Assembly: GCF_044704955.1 (NCBI RefSeq)
Contig: NC_092007.1
Location: forward strand, 5,022,001 to 5,086,000
Direction: 5' to 3'
Length of the DNA: 64,000 nucleotides
DNA from: Pristiophorus japonicus
Lineage: Eukaryota
The translations under genes were made by a program, and so were the position numbers. The notes under the pieces were generated by a model that made no database searches, had not been told where the DNA came from, and worked only from the letters and a program-made list of their open reading frames with translations. Shown here piece after piece: positions 1 through 12,044 of the stretch (positions are counted from its first letter, which is position 1; each line of letters begins with the position of its first letter).

Positions 1-121
1 TAAATGCAAGGCTACAGGTAAAGGGCGGGGCAGTGGGATTGGCTGAAATGCTCTTGCAGAGATCCGGCACGGACTAGAAGGGGGCCAATGACCTCCTTTT
101 TTGCTGTAACGATTTTAGAAT

Positions 122-127
122 TTTATT
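122..127 (-). promoter_or_regulatory. Candidate polyadenylation signal (AATAAA) of copy A
   Basis: AATAAA on the minus strand ~510 nt after the predicted stop; present in all units. Confidence 0.3.
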
Positions 128-638
128 TTGTTTAAAAAAAACACAGTAAACAGAACTGAAAATATTAGCGATTAATCTGCGAAATATGCTCATTTTCACA
201 GAAATTGCAGGCATATGAACTTTAAAATCATTTAAATTTGCAGCATATTAACTGTAATCTTCATTCTTGAGACACCTTTCATATTTGTGAAAGTTTCAAA
301 CTTCCAGCGATTGCCGCCGGAACCTCGACACTTTGCGCTGATTGGAAAGATGCTGTCCATCTGCGAGCAATGTTTCTCTCCTGGTCTTGGCTCTGTAACA
401 GAAAGCAGTGCGTTAGAAAAGGGTGTGAGGCCACTTTCTGTCCCAGAATAACCCTCTTTCTCGCTGCTCAGATCATTTTCAATCTTTCCCTACTCAATGA
501 TGGAAACATTCTGAGCGTTGCAACATGCAGCACCTATGAAAGACGAACACGAAAATAACAGATGCCCCATCGAGCCTATCCCAAACAGTCAGGACGCAAC
601 AATGCCTCAGGATTGCAACTCTCCCTCTCGGCACCATG

Positions 639-3600
639 TCAGCTCTGACTGGTGGGAAATAACGTAATAAAAAAGTACTGGGTCAATTCAGCAATAAATA
701 CATCTGCAAATGTCTTCTCCTACCTCTATGACGAACAAAACGAGTTTCAATTGATAACAATGTCGATGAGGTACATCACCTAACAGAGCAACTAAGATTT
801 GCCCGCAATGATATTAGCCCCAGGAGCGGATTCTACCCGTTCCAGTCCAGCAATTCTTGCTCATATGCTGAAATTCTGACGACACGTTATTTTGAAATCT
901 CTCTTTATTACCCCACGAGTTGAAGTAATTATTCCCATACCCGTGTGAGTCTATTTCTTTCATCACCAAGACAATGATGGCAATCAGAATGAGAACGGCA
1001 GCAGCGGTTCTGATTGACATGGCGATTTTCCAAAATGATCCTGAAAATATTCAACAACAAAAAACACGCTCTTCATTATTGCTCTGATTAACCCAGGTTT
1101 CTCGATAGCATTTAACAACATGTATGGGACTATTAAGATAGAAATCAACTCACATTTATTTAGTGCTTTTCCAAACCTCGCAACCCACTTTACAGCCAAT
1201 GAAGTACTATGGAAGTTTATTCACTGTTGCACTGTAGGTAACGTGGCAGCTGTATTGCGCATAGCATGCTCCCACAAACAGCGATGAGATAAATAAGCAG
1301 ATAATCTCTTTCAGTATTACTGGTTGAGGGATAAATAATTGCCAAGGCATCGGAGAGCGCTGCGCCTGCTCGTCTTCAATCGATTCAGTATTACAGCATC
1401 CCTTAGAAAATGCAGCTATCCACATCGCATACTCCAATCTGCTCCTCCGTTATCCGATATCTTATTTCAGTCCATAAGTTGCGTTTAAAGTTATTCTGCG
1501 CCAATTGTCAGTATTTTGACACGTGATAGTTTGCTCAGAATATCAATAAAACTGACATTCGGCTGAAAAAACTGCGTGAAAATAAATTGAACTGAGCAAT
1601 TGTAAATTGAATGATGGACTGTGCCCCACTAATGTTACAGTGAGCGCAAATATGGTTTCATAGAGTGTGTCACTAATTCAGAAAGTTCTGTTTTATAAAC
1701 GATGACACATTCCTTCTAGTGTTTTATATTACACTTTCTATCTTCGTTAAAAAAGGCGACAATAATCAAATTCAGAAGACCAGAATATAAACTTGACGGG
1801 GATTATTCTCATCTGAATTTCGCGAGCAGCATGAACCAGAGCCAAACACTACTAAAATTAAGAATGGTATACGTCCTAAATTGCAAATAATCAGAGAAAA
1901 ATACAACATTACTGCATAGGAGGAGGACATTCGGCCCATCATGTTCCTGCCGGCCAATTTAGCATTATCCAGCCTAATTCCATTTTCAAGCTCATCGTCA
2001 TATCCAACTAAATGCTATGAGAGAGTGTGCCTCTAAATTCTTTCGGGCGGTGATTTGCAGAGCACGACCATCCTCTGGTGAAAGCATATCATCTCAAATC
2101 CCCTCTAATCCTTCTACAAATTACTTTAAATAAGTATGGTATTACGGACTCAGTGGAATTATTGCCTTCTCAGGGATACTCTGAAATAGCTGCAAGCCCT
2201 CCGGAGTGAAGCTGTGTGGCAAAGTTAAATCTGAGCATCGATCAAGTGATTGAGAGCCTGCAGCTCACTACCATTACAATGAAAGGAAACCAGACGTCAT
2301 AAAGTCTCCGATCAATTCAGAAGGTCTCGCTTGTTTAAAGATCATACGCTACCTTTACTGTTTAATGTTAACCCCTTCCTCTCTTCACAAGCACAGTGCG
2401 ACCATAACTTAATTCAGAAAATCAGTGATTAAATTTTACATTTTTCCAACAATTTTAAGATAGCAGACAGTCACTAACCAGACAATTACTCTACTGAAAT
2501 TAGCAATGGATTCAGTCCTCAATCATAGATCAGTAAGTTAATACAAGCTCAAATGGAACTGATATTTGCTGACACTAATTCTGTTCACTTAGTATCGGGC
2601 CAATGATGGAATAAACCAGCTATTTTAATCAAATTGCAGCAAATCTCAACACTCACCTGTTGAACAGATCTGATATTTGCCGACACTAACACCGTGTTCG
2701 TTCCATGCAACACAGGAGATATGGTGTCCTGTACCGGTTGGGTGGGTCAGTGTCAGAGAGCTCTGCACCAGGGAATTATTCATTGACCGGGTGGTGACTC
2801 CGAGACCTGGCATGTTTCTAGTGATGTTTCTTCCATTGACGCTCCAGGTGATGTTTGCCGGGGGCTTGGCTCTTACACTGCAGGTACAATGAAACCCACT
2901 CTCAAATCTGGTGCAGGTCGGGCCCCATACTATGGTGGGTTTAACTGAAAAAATAGACAGTTCCACTTAAGATGATTTTAATCATGCAGTTGCATTGTTT
3001 AAGTTAAACCAATTGGCGCTATTTGGAGAAGCACAGGAGTGAACACAAAGGCCGGCATTACCAATAAAAAAACTTGCATTTCAACTTGCATTCCAATCTC
3101 CAGTTCTGATGAAAGGTCCGCGGCCCGAATCGTTAACTCTGCCTTCTTTGCACAGATGCTGCCTGACCTGCTGAGTTTTCCAGCATTTTCAGATTTTATT
3201 CCAGATTCTAGCATCCGCAGTTTTTTGCTTTTTTTAATTTGCATTAATATAGCGCCGCTAACGTGGCAAAAATTCCCAATGAGCTTCAAAAGTTCACAGA
3301 AGACTACATCGGAAGTTTGGCACAGAAACGGTACAGTTGGCTCAACCACTCCATGTCTGAGTTAATGCTCCACTCGAGCCTCCTCCCGTCTTTCCTCATC
3401 TAAAGCTATCAGCATAACGCTCTATTCCCTTCTCCCTCATACGCTTTTTCAACATCACTTTACATGCATCTGTTCAATCAGCTTCAACCACTCGCTGTAA
3501 AGAAGTTCCTTCTGAATTCTCTCTGGGATATATCTTTTTGTCTACCCTATAAAAACCTTTCGTCATTTTAAAGATGTCAATTAGATCACTCCTCAGCCTT

Positions 3601-6600
3601 CTATTTTCAAGTGAAAAAAGACCCCAAAGAGCGTTAGCAAACAACATTTGATACGGATCATTCCTGTACCGTTACAAATGTAATTGGCTCACATCACACT
3701 GACATTGTACAGAAATCTGTGTGGATCTGTTGGCGGTGCTCAGGTTATTTTCAGCCACGCAATAATACTCGCCGTCATCTTCAGAACTAATGTTGTGAAA
3801 TGTGTGCTTCAGTTCACCGGTGGATGATCTGCTGATCTCAGTGACAACTCGGACCAATGTTAAATTGACGGGCTGGTCACCCAGAGCCCTGCAGTACAAT
3901 AATAATGAAGTGCCCTCCACTATTACGATAGAAGAATTGAAGCTTGGTTTCTCCAGTGCATCTGAAACACACGAGAGCATTGGTGTTATTGGAGAATATC
4001 GGAGCAGAAGAGTAAAGTCAATTTGGCAATTGAAGAATAATATTAAAGCCGATATGGTGGCTATATTGCCAAATCTAAATTTAAAAAGCCAGCCTATGAT
4101 TGTTGGCGCTGTACTGCTTAAGATTATTTCAAATTTAGACCAAATTTATCTCAACGTTTTATCCTCTTCACTTCAAACGTTTGTAGTGACTGCCTGGACG
4201 TGATTCTTTTCCACAGAAACATCAATCAAGCGGCCATTCCTCCAACAACAAGAACAGTGGCCTTTCTCATCACTTGAACAGAGCTGTTGAGGCGGATTGC
4301 AGGCTCCCGACCACCACCGCTGATAACTCGTCACATACACTTATGTTTCAGATGCTCTCTCGGTGCAACTATATCAGGAATTAGGAGCCTTTGGAATAAC
4401 ATTTGACATAAGTAGCATCTATGGAGCCTTCCAATGTTACTCCCTGGGTCTTTGTCAATGTGAAATAATACAACTCACAAGAAATGTTTGATAGTCAGTT
4501 CGACCCAATGGTTATAGGAATATATCTTACACTTCGAGTACGTTCCGCTATTCAATTAGATCATGGCTCATCCATATGGTAGCTCTGCCTACCCGCTTTT
4601 GCTTTATTCTTATTTTTAAAAACTATCCATCACATATGTTGTATATTTAATTATCTCGGCGAGCTATCACTCCACTGAGCATCAAGACAAGTTTGGATCC
4701 TGTTTATCAAAGGATGATGCAATGCAGGGTACAGCAGATACTTACTTTGAATGTGCAGTGTGAGAGTTTCTTGAACACTCCCCTCGACACCATCAACGAC
4801 AAGCTGACATCCCAGCTTTTTCCCATTGTGGTCTGGTGATGGGGTGAAGATGAATGTTGTTGAAATAGCCCATGATCCCTCCAACCTGTTGTCTCTGTAT
4901 TTGGAATTTTTAGTCTCTTGCAGCAAACGAACATTATCCTCGTCCTGAATCCACGTCAGTTCTGGATTGGCGGAGGGGCAGCTGGAGGTGACTGAGCAGG
5001 TTAAATATACGGGCTTTCCAGCAATCAATTCCCCAGGGACTGAAATCCATGACTTATGTGTAAGCAGTGAAAGGAATTCGTGTGACTGTGGATTTCAATA
5101 TAACACATGTGGAGGGAAGGGCCAGGCGGTTCAGTTCAATGTCTGAGATAATACCATGAGCAAAAATTTATATGTTTTCCACTTGATCTCTGCTATGGGA
5201 AGGAGCCGATTGTTAATTATTACTTACGGTCACAGAATCAATCGATTGATGCATGTGTTCATGAACTTAATGTCCTGCCACAATATGAATGAATTATTCA
5301 TGTGGGCTTGTTTCTGATCGGTCAGTCACCGCTCTGCAGCACACAATTATTTCAATTCAAATTAAGGTCAGAAAAAACATTCAAAACAGAGTCCGAGATT
5401 TGGTTCCTTGAGTATACCTGGGATATTCTTAGTCCAACGGCTCACTCTCACGTGGAACAGTTGATTTAGCCATTGCTTATTTTTATTCTTGCTTTTAATT
5501 CATTTTCTCTCATTTAGTCTCGCGATAGGAGTGCCACAACTAACCTTCAGGACGAGGGACACGCTTAACAAACCTGGTTTGTTACTGTTACCAACAGCGG
5601 GACAGTGCACAGCTATGAGAAGAAAGCAAGACCAGGTTGCGGGTTCAAGACCCATTTCAGAGACTTAAGCACAACCTGTAGCCTGACACTCCAGTGCAGT
5701 ACTGATGCATTGTCACAATGCCGGAGATTCCATTTTACGGATGAGATATTAACCTGTTCTCCTAATTTACCTCTCAAGTGTACATAACAGTTCGCACAGT
5801 ATTATTTTGAATGAGCCTTTGTCCTCGTTAACTTTGATTGATCGACGCGTTATCTGCAAGGCTGGTGGATGTTTTAAAAGACAAATACAGATGTCCTTCA
5901 GCCGTGGTGGGCCGAAGGGCCTCTTAATGTAATGTAAGATTAAATATTTCTATGATTGTATTTTATAACACACACCTGGATATTATTCAGTGTACCAGCC
6001 CTGCAGAGATGGCGTGTGACGTGGGCCAATGTCAACATGAAATCTTTCATTTTAGGCAAAAATTGAATGGCATTGGCGAGATGGAACATTAACTACAAAA
6101 CGAAAAATTCAAAATAACTTACTTAAAATAGAAAGATTGACAGGAGTTTTGGAACCGTATCCTTCTATCTGATCCTGGGAGTTCATGATCTTCAATATGA
6201 AGTAATATTCTCCTCCATCGCTCTCCCTGATGTCCTTTAACCGTAAGGAGCATTGCTTCTTTATAAAGTCGCCGGCTAACTCTGCCCTCCCTCGATAGTC
6301 ATGGTGCATATTGTCTGCATCTCTGGAATCATAGATAACCGAGACCCCTGGTGCATAAAGATGAGGACTCCCCTTTAACCACATACCCTGTGGATTGCGA
6401 CCATTCGTGGGATAGTCAAATCTACACGGGATCTTTGCACATGAACCCTTCACCGTCGATAAACTCCATGGTGTCGTCACAGACCATCGTGAACTACGTA
6501 CAACTGGTGAAGAAATAGAAATTAAACATCCATTGAAATCCCCAATATGAATACTTTCCCTCATCGTCAGGTTAAATAATATTACTTTAACCTTTGACGC

Positions 6601-6921
6601 CCACGAAAACATATTAATGAGTACCTCAATGAAAAGGCGTTAAATTTTAATTAAAACTCCTCCAATTCCATTAACTACTCCATTGAAAGCCGGCAAATCA
6701 GAAAGTAAATATTAAATCAATATGATAAATACATAAAGAAGTTCTGAATAAAACATATTAAAAGTGCAAATCACAAATTACTAGTTAAGCATGTACTATC
6801 TCTATAAAGTAAGAACGTTTTAATTGAACACAAAATGGAAATCGTTTCGAACATCAATTAGTAAACTGAACATTTTACCTTTACAGAATATCAGAATGGA
6901 GATAAATGTTAAACTCTTCAT
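639..6921 (-). CDS. Siglec-like Ig-superfamily receptor, copy A (7 coding exons; exon-3 acceptor mutated, so possibly a variant or pseudogene)
   Basis: Exons: 6879-6921 (MKSLTFISILIFCK, G|GTAAAA), 6123-6503 (V-set), 4746-5057 (C2), 3704-3961 (C2/I), 2657-2944 (C2), 941-1040 (TM), probable 639-648 (GQS*). Ig exons are all phase 1-1 with lengths divisible by 3. Boundaries are GT/AG except the exon-3 acceptor (AC at 5058-5059). Total 1392 nt, 463 aa. Confidence 0.85.
941..1040 (-). CDS. Copy A exon 6, transmembrane segment with Arg
   Basis: attttcag|GA gives in-frame GSFWKIAMSIRTAAAVLILIAIIVLVMKEIDSHG; GG|GTATGG donor. Confidence 0.82.
1150..1380 (-). mobile_element. DeuSINE/SacSINE-like 3' fragment (also in units B and C)
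   Basis: Matches the SINE bodies at 49.3-54.3 kb (cagccaatgaagtact, ctcccacaaacagc, gagggataaata). Confidence 0.7.
2657..2944 (-). CDS. Copy A exon 5, membrane-proximal Ig domain
   Basis: PTIVWGPTCTRFESGFHCTCSVRAKPPANITW...ISCVAWNEHG resembles the membrane-proximal domain of CD33-related Siglecs and MAG; ttttttcag acceptor and GTGAGT donor. Confidence 0.9.
3083..3245 (+). mobile_element. Penelope-like-element-derived short insertion with degenerate hammerhead ribozyme motif (second copy ~16638-16800)
   Basis: AGTT-CTGATGA-[GGTC cgc GGCC]-GAAT-CGTT-AACT followed by cacagatgctgcctgacctgctgag; flanked by AA(C/T)TTGCATT direct repeats; absent from copy C. Confidence 0.6.
3704..3961 (-). CDS. 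Copy A exon 4, Ig C2/I-set domain
   Basis: EGTSLLLYCRALG...ISSEDDGEYYCVAEN; tttcag acceptor and GTCAGT donor. Confidence 0.9.
4746..5057 (-). CDS. Copy A exon 3, C2-set Ig domain
   Basis: LTCSVTSSCPSANPELTW...FTPSPDHNGKKLGCQL, typical of Siglec domain 2; GTAAGT donor; acceptor is AC instead of AG. Confidence 0.85.
5620..5810 (+). mobile_element. tRNA-derived SINE 5' fragment (DeuSINE-like)
   Basis: B-box-like GGTTCAAGACCC followed by gacttaagcac...ctgacactccagtgcagtactga. Confidence 0.6.
6123..6503 (-). CDS. Copy A exon 2, Siglec-type V-set Ig domain
   Basis: GSCAKIPCRFDYP, W on the C strand, YRGRAELAGD, KQCSLRLKDIRESDGGEYYF; cttcaccag acceptor and GTAAGT donor. Confidence 0.92.
6879..6921 (-). 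CDS. Copy A exon 1, signal peptide
   Basis: ATG at 6921, hydrophobic MKSLTFISILIFCK, phase-1 GT donor; conserved in all three copies. Confidence 0.8.
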
Positions 6922-7299
6922 GGGTGGAACGGTTCACGATGTCAAAATGACAGAAATTGACTCAATCTCAGATATCACTAATCTAGTTCCAGATTCCGTT
7001 CGCCGGTAATATCCTGGAGTTCACAGATGACCGAATCAGAGTATCAGCAGGTCAGTTGAAAGCTATCCAACAAACATTCAACACCGTGGTTGCTCAAACA
7101 GCTATCACCACTCCTCGGATGTTGTTCATCAAAACTGCTGCAATTCTGGATCATTTCGAACGTGACCATGTCCTGTAGTAATTGGCCCGCAGTTACAGGA
7201 TATGCTGAGACCCCGCCTGTTGCTGATTAGCTCTGAGCAGAAATATACCAATTTCCCCTTCATCAGCACAGCTACAGGGCACGGGTGGCATTCTAGTTT

Positions 7300-7955
7300 G
7301 GAATACAGAATAAATGTTCGGACACTGAAATATGTAGAGGAACAAAGTGGCCTTGGAGTGCAAGTCCACCGATCCCTGAAGGTAGCAGGACAGGTAGATA
7401 AGCTGCTTAAGAAGGCATACGGAATACTAGCATTTATTAGTCAAGGTGCAGAATACAAGAACAAAGAGGTTATTCATGAACTGTATAAAACACTAATTGG
7501 ACCACTGCTAGAGTACTGTGTGCAGTTCTGGTCTTCACTTTACAGGAAAGATGTGATGCACCAGAGAGGGTATGTTGCCTTTAATGGAGAATCTTATATT
7601 TGAGGAACGGTACTATAGGCTGGGGTAGTATTCTTTGAAATAGATGAGGCTGAAGGAAGATTAAATTGAGCTGTATTACATTATGAGAGGCCTGGATAGA
7701 GTGGATAAGAAGGACCTACTTCCTTTAGCAGAGGGGTCAATAACGATGGGGCATAGATTAAAAGTAATTGGTAGGAGGTGTAGTGGGCATTTGAGGAGAA
7801 TTATTTTCAGCCAGAGGGTGATGGGGGACTGGAATCACTGCCTCAAAGCATGGTAGAGACAGAAACCCTCAGCATCTAAAAATTACATGGATGTGCACTT
7901 GAAGTGCTGTAACCTACAGGGATATGGAGCGAGAGCTGGAAATGGGATTAGGCTG
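7300..7955 (+). mobile_element. CR1 LINE 3' fragment (also ~20820-21475 and ~33490-34150)
   Basis: KAYGILAFISQGAEYKNKEVIHELYKTLIGPLLEYCVQFWS, the CR1 ORF2 C-terminus. Confidence 0.85.
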
Positions 7956-8119
7956 GCATCGCTGAAATTAACGGACTTATATCCAGGTTGCTGCAATGAA
8001 ACTTTTCTGATGATTCTGATTACAGTGCTGGAACTGTGAGTTGTGATTCAGCTTTTAGATTCGAGGGTCTATGTAGCTGGAAGCAATGTGGAAATTTGTC
8101 TACAGGAATATATCCCTTC

Positions 8120-8850
8120 ACCTTCTATGTTACAAGAAGGACATAGATGAATTGGAGAAGGTGCAAATCAGATTTTCAAAAAGTAGACCAGAAATGGGAG
8201 AATATAACCAGCAGGAAAGTCTGAACGGTCTGGCAAGCTTTCCTCTAGAAAAGAGAAGGTGGAGGGGTGACATAATAGAGGCCTGTAAAATGATGAAGGG
8301 GTTTGATAGGATAGATGAAGCAGAGATTTTCCACTTGTGCGGGGATCAAAACCAGAGTTCATCGATATGAGATAGTCATTCAGAAATAACAGAAGGAATT
8401 CAGGAGAACCTTATTTACCCAGAGAATGGTGAGAATGTGGAAGTTGCTACCACACGGAGGGATTGAGGCGAATAGTATAGATGTGTTTAAGAGGCAGCTA
8501 GATAGCTACATGAGGGAGAAAGGAATATGCTGCTGGATGAAATAAACTTGGGAGGAGAAAGCTCCGGTGGAGCATAAACGTTGCCTTGGACAAGTTGGGC
8601 CCAATTGCATGTTTCTTTGCTGCACATTTGATGTAATTAACCCTGAATTAATTGCATCAAGTTTGCTGAGTATCTCACTATATTCAAGGATGCGATAGAT
8701 AGATATTTGTAGTTTAGAGAATGAAGGCTATGTGGAGAGGGCGGGAATTTGCTAAGGTCGATGATCAGCTATGACCTCATTGAATGGCGGAGCAGGCTTG
8801 AGGGGCCATGTTGGCTACTCCTGCTACTATTTCTTATGTACTTTTGTTCT
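8120..8850 (+). mobile_element. CR1 LINE 3' fragments (also ~21640-22370 and ~36505-37245)
   Basis: YKKDIDELEKVQIRF...LEKRRWRGDIIEA; CR1-type 3' UTR ending ctatttcttatg. Confidence 0.8.
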
Positions 8851-11164
8851 TTATTATGGTTCTGTGTCGACAATGAGCTCTACGTTTGTTTTTTATTTAT
8901 TTTTATTTTGTTTCTGTCTTGACTGGTGTATGGAATGTGTATTCAACTCAGGCGCCAGCTTGGTTTATCTGTCTCGATTAGGGATGTGCGTTCAGATCCA
9001 AGACTCAGGTGTTTAACAATACCTGACTCCATATGCCTGCTCAGTCCCAGAGTGGAGGGTGATGCAATGTACTTTGCTCAATTACACTCCACACAAGGCC
9101 CAGCTTGCTTTGAGGCTCACGGGTTGGGTATTGTGTAATCAGCATCTGGGTCTAGTAAGTGTTTACCACTGACTGCCCCTATGGTACATGCTCAGTGTCT
9201 CCCTCAGTGTCGCTGCCTCGAGGTGGGTTTATTTACACCGTGTGTTGTGTAGCACCAGAGCGCGCTGTGAAGCGCTGGGTCCTATTTAGCGACTGTGTTG
9301 TTGTGGTTACCGCAACGCACAGCACCCTGCTATCTCTGGCGTACATGTAAGTGAATCATTGTGTACGACGGACATGGATGAAAGATATCTGTTGTCAAGC
9401 AACATCTCTTTATACCGTGTGCTGCATCTTGAAATTTCATGGTCTGTTTGCAGCTCTGTGTTTAACCCTTCAAGCAATGTGAGATCAACTTTGACAGTGT
9501 GCTTGAGTGATTTATATGAAACACGGGTGGAAGCTACAACGAGGATGCCGTTGCCTCATATCAGGGCAGTTAGTGCATGGGAACTCCATCCTCTTCCAGT
9601 TCCCCTGCAAGTCACAGCATAACCCTGATTTGAATATGTATCACCCTCCCTGCAACAGAGATAGGGCAAAGTCCTAAAATCCCGGAACTCCGTCCTTAAC
9701 AGCGCTGTGGGAGTACCTTCACCACACGGGCTGCAGCGGTTGCAGAGCTCGGCTCATTACCAGCTTCTCAGGGGCGATTAGGGATGGGCAATAAATGAGA
9801 CATTGCAAGCGATGCTCACATTCCAGGAGCGAATAAAAGATATGCAGCTGCATTTTTCCACGGTCCTCTCCCACCTCCAATATTCAAATTATGCCCCTGT
9901 TCTGAAATGTATCTTTATTAGTAAAATGAGTTCCCGCCAGTACCTCAAACAACTAACCATTTTTAACTTGCAAGTCACGCAAATAATATCTCCAGGATTT
10001 TCGATAGGAGCGGAATTTTTATGATCCTGGCACTGGTTGGCTGGGATGGGGATTTATAATTGCTGATTGGCCCTTGGATTTTAAGAAAATCGACAATGCA
10101 ATTGTGTATTGCAGTGTGTTGCCATTTCCTCGACTGCTCCTGCAGCCTGAGCTCATGGAGATTCCTTGGGCTCAGTGCGAAAGTGAAAGGCTTCTCCATG
10201 CAACAGCACCACACAGTGGCAGCCCGACGGCATTACAAGAGATGTTTTTCACTGCACCATCAGACACATCTGGGCTCAGCTGTGGCTAACATCCTCTATC
10301 ATGCCAAGATTAACTCCTAGTTCACCTCACCTTACCCAACACGTTGCCGAAATGTACTTCAGCATCTACAGAATGAAATAGGGGAATGTGTTATTCCTGA
10401 TACAATGGACTTTCCACTTTTGTCCAACACATCGCACACTTGGATCTGTTCTCTCTCCACACATGCTCTCAATAGTAGCAACAGCTCCCACTCCTATTTG
10501 GATCAGTTTACAGACCAGGCACATGAGTCTTCAGTTGTACAAGCGAAATGCTTCCGGAACAAGTTGTAAACCTTGCGAAATTCCTCTTGTTAAGGTATAC
10601 TGCTCTTACTGACAAACACGGTCTGGGCCTATTAGGTTGAATTGTTGTAAAGGGTGGAGTTCTGGCAAGGTGAATTGTTACCATATTTCATGCACATTAT
10701 TGTGTTCGATGCTTGGAACACAGTTATATCATGGAAATCACCGTGATTTTCTTTACTGAATTGGGACATTGAGACTATTTACTTTTCACAGTATCAAGTT
10801 CCCAGCATCGGTTTTTGGTCCTTGCACAATGAGCTCACATGGTTGAGCAGATGTCCCACTGGGAATATCCTAAAGATGCACCATACCAATCGTTGTGGAA
10901 ATAGCACGGCCCACTAAGTTCTTTGTTTTTAACTCGTGCTGTGCAATTCACTGGAACTAGTCGCAGTCCCACTACTCTATCCTCACAGCGCTGTACATTA
11001 TTCCCGTTTAAAATATATATCCAATATGGGTTTGAAAGTTACTATTGATTTTGATACTCCCACATTTTCAGGCAGTGAATTCCATGTCATAACAATTCTC
11101 TGTCTATTCCCTGCAAATGTTTTCCAAATTTACTTTCCGGTGCCTTTCAGTTTAATGCAGAGCA

Positions 11165-11520
11165 CACCAGTTACCCACCTTCAACACTCACTCCCTCCAC
11201 CACCCTGGTGCACCGTCTTCAAGATGCACTGCAGCAACTCGCCAAGGCTTCTTCGGCAGCACCTCCCAAACCCGCCACTTCAAACACCTAGAAGGACAAG
11301 GGCAGCAGGCGCATGGGAACACGACCACCTCCAAGTTCCCCTCCCAGTCACACACCGTCCAGACTTGGAAATATATCGCCCGTTCTTTCAACGTCGCCGG
11401 GTCAAAATCCTGGAAAGTCCTCCACAACAGCGCTGTGATAGCACCTTCACCACACGGACTGCATCGGTTCAAGAAGGCAGCTCACCACCAATTTCTCAAG
11501 AGCAATAAGCAACGGGCAAT
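11165..11520 (+). mobile_element. LINE (CR1/L2 group) 3' end fragment; shorter copies at ~9563-9840, in unit B and at ~37935-38205
   Basis: Repeated KMHCSNSPRLLRQHLPNP...HGLHRFKKAAHH segment and shared tail gggatgggcaataaatg. Confidence 0.65.
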
Positions 11521-12044
11521 ATATTATGTCGTGCCACTGATAAAGAGTCAAACATAACTAATTACCCATTATTATAAAATATCTCAGAAAATTATTCAAT
11601 TGTTAAGCTTCTCTTGGGCTCAAATCGGGACCCTAATAAACGAGGTTGCATGTATGTTCCTGGGTTTTATTGACAGGCTGAACATAATGGGAAGATTCAA
11701 TTTTATTGGCATCATAACATCCTGGGAAAGCTTCACGATTTCAGTGGAAATAGTGAAGGAGGAAATTGTTGCCGAAAAGCATTTCCAATATAACAAAGTA
11801 GCTGGTATTACTCAGAAATATCCACGCTGTCCCAACCACATTTGCTGCATTGAGTAACAGGAGCATATTTCCACTATTCACTGCACTGTGTCTGACCGGG
11901 AGAAGGTGGAGGTTTATTTTGGATGTAAGTATAGCGTTCCACTCTCAGCATCTCTGAGCTCCAGTAACAAATATCAAAATAAATTAGTTGTGATGTGTTT
12001 TAATGAAACTATGACAAATTACAAGTTACATAACAGAATTATGC

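Noticed and set aside
1-1800. Alternating A=C and B=C shared variants as proof of gene conversion
   Set aside because: With only three sequences these patterns are equally explained by private mutations on each copy.
8771-10920. Cluster of small ORFs upstream of the Siglec-like genes as a second gene
   Set aside because: No recognisable domain or consistent exon chain; frames are not preserved in the diverged paralogous region (37.3-38.6 kb, 46.4-46.9 kb).
10936-11508. 190-aa ORF conserved in both units as a host gene
   Set aside because: It is composed of LINE fragments, and its conservation simply reflects the ~99% identical duplication.
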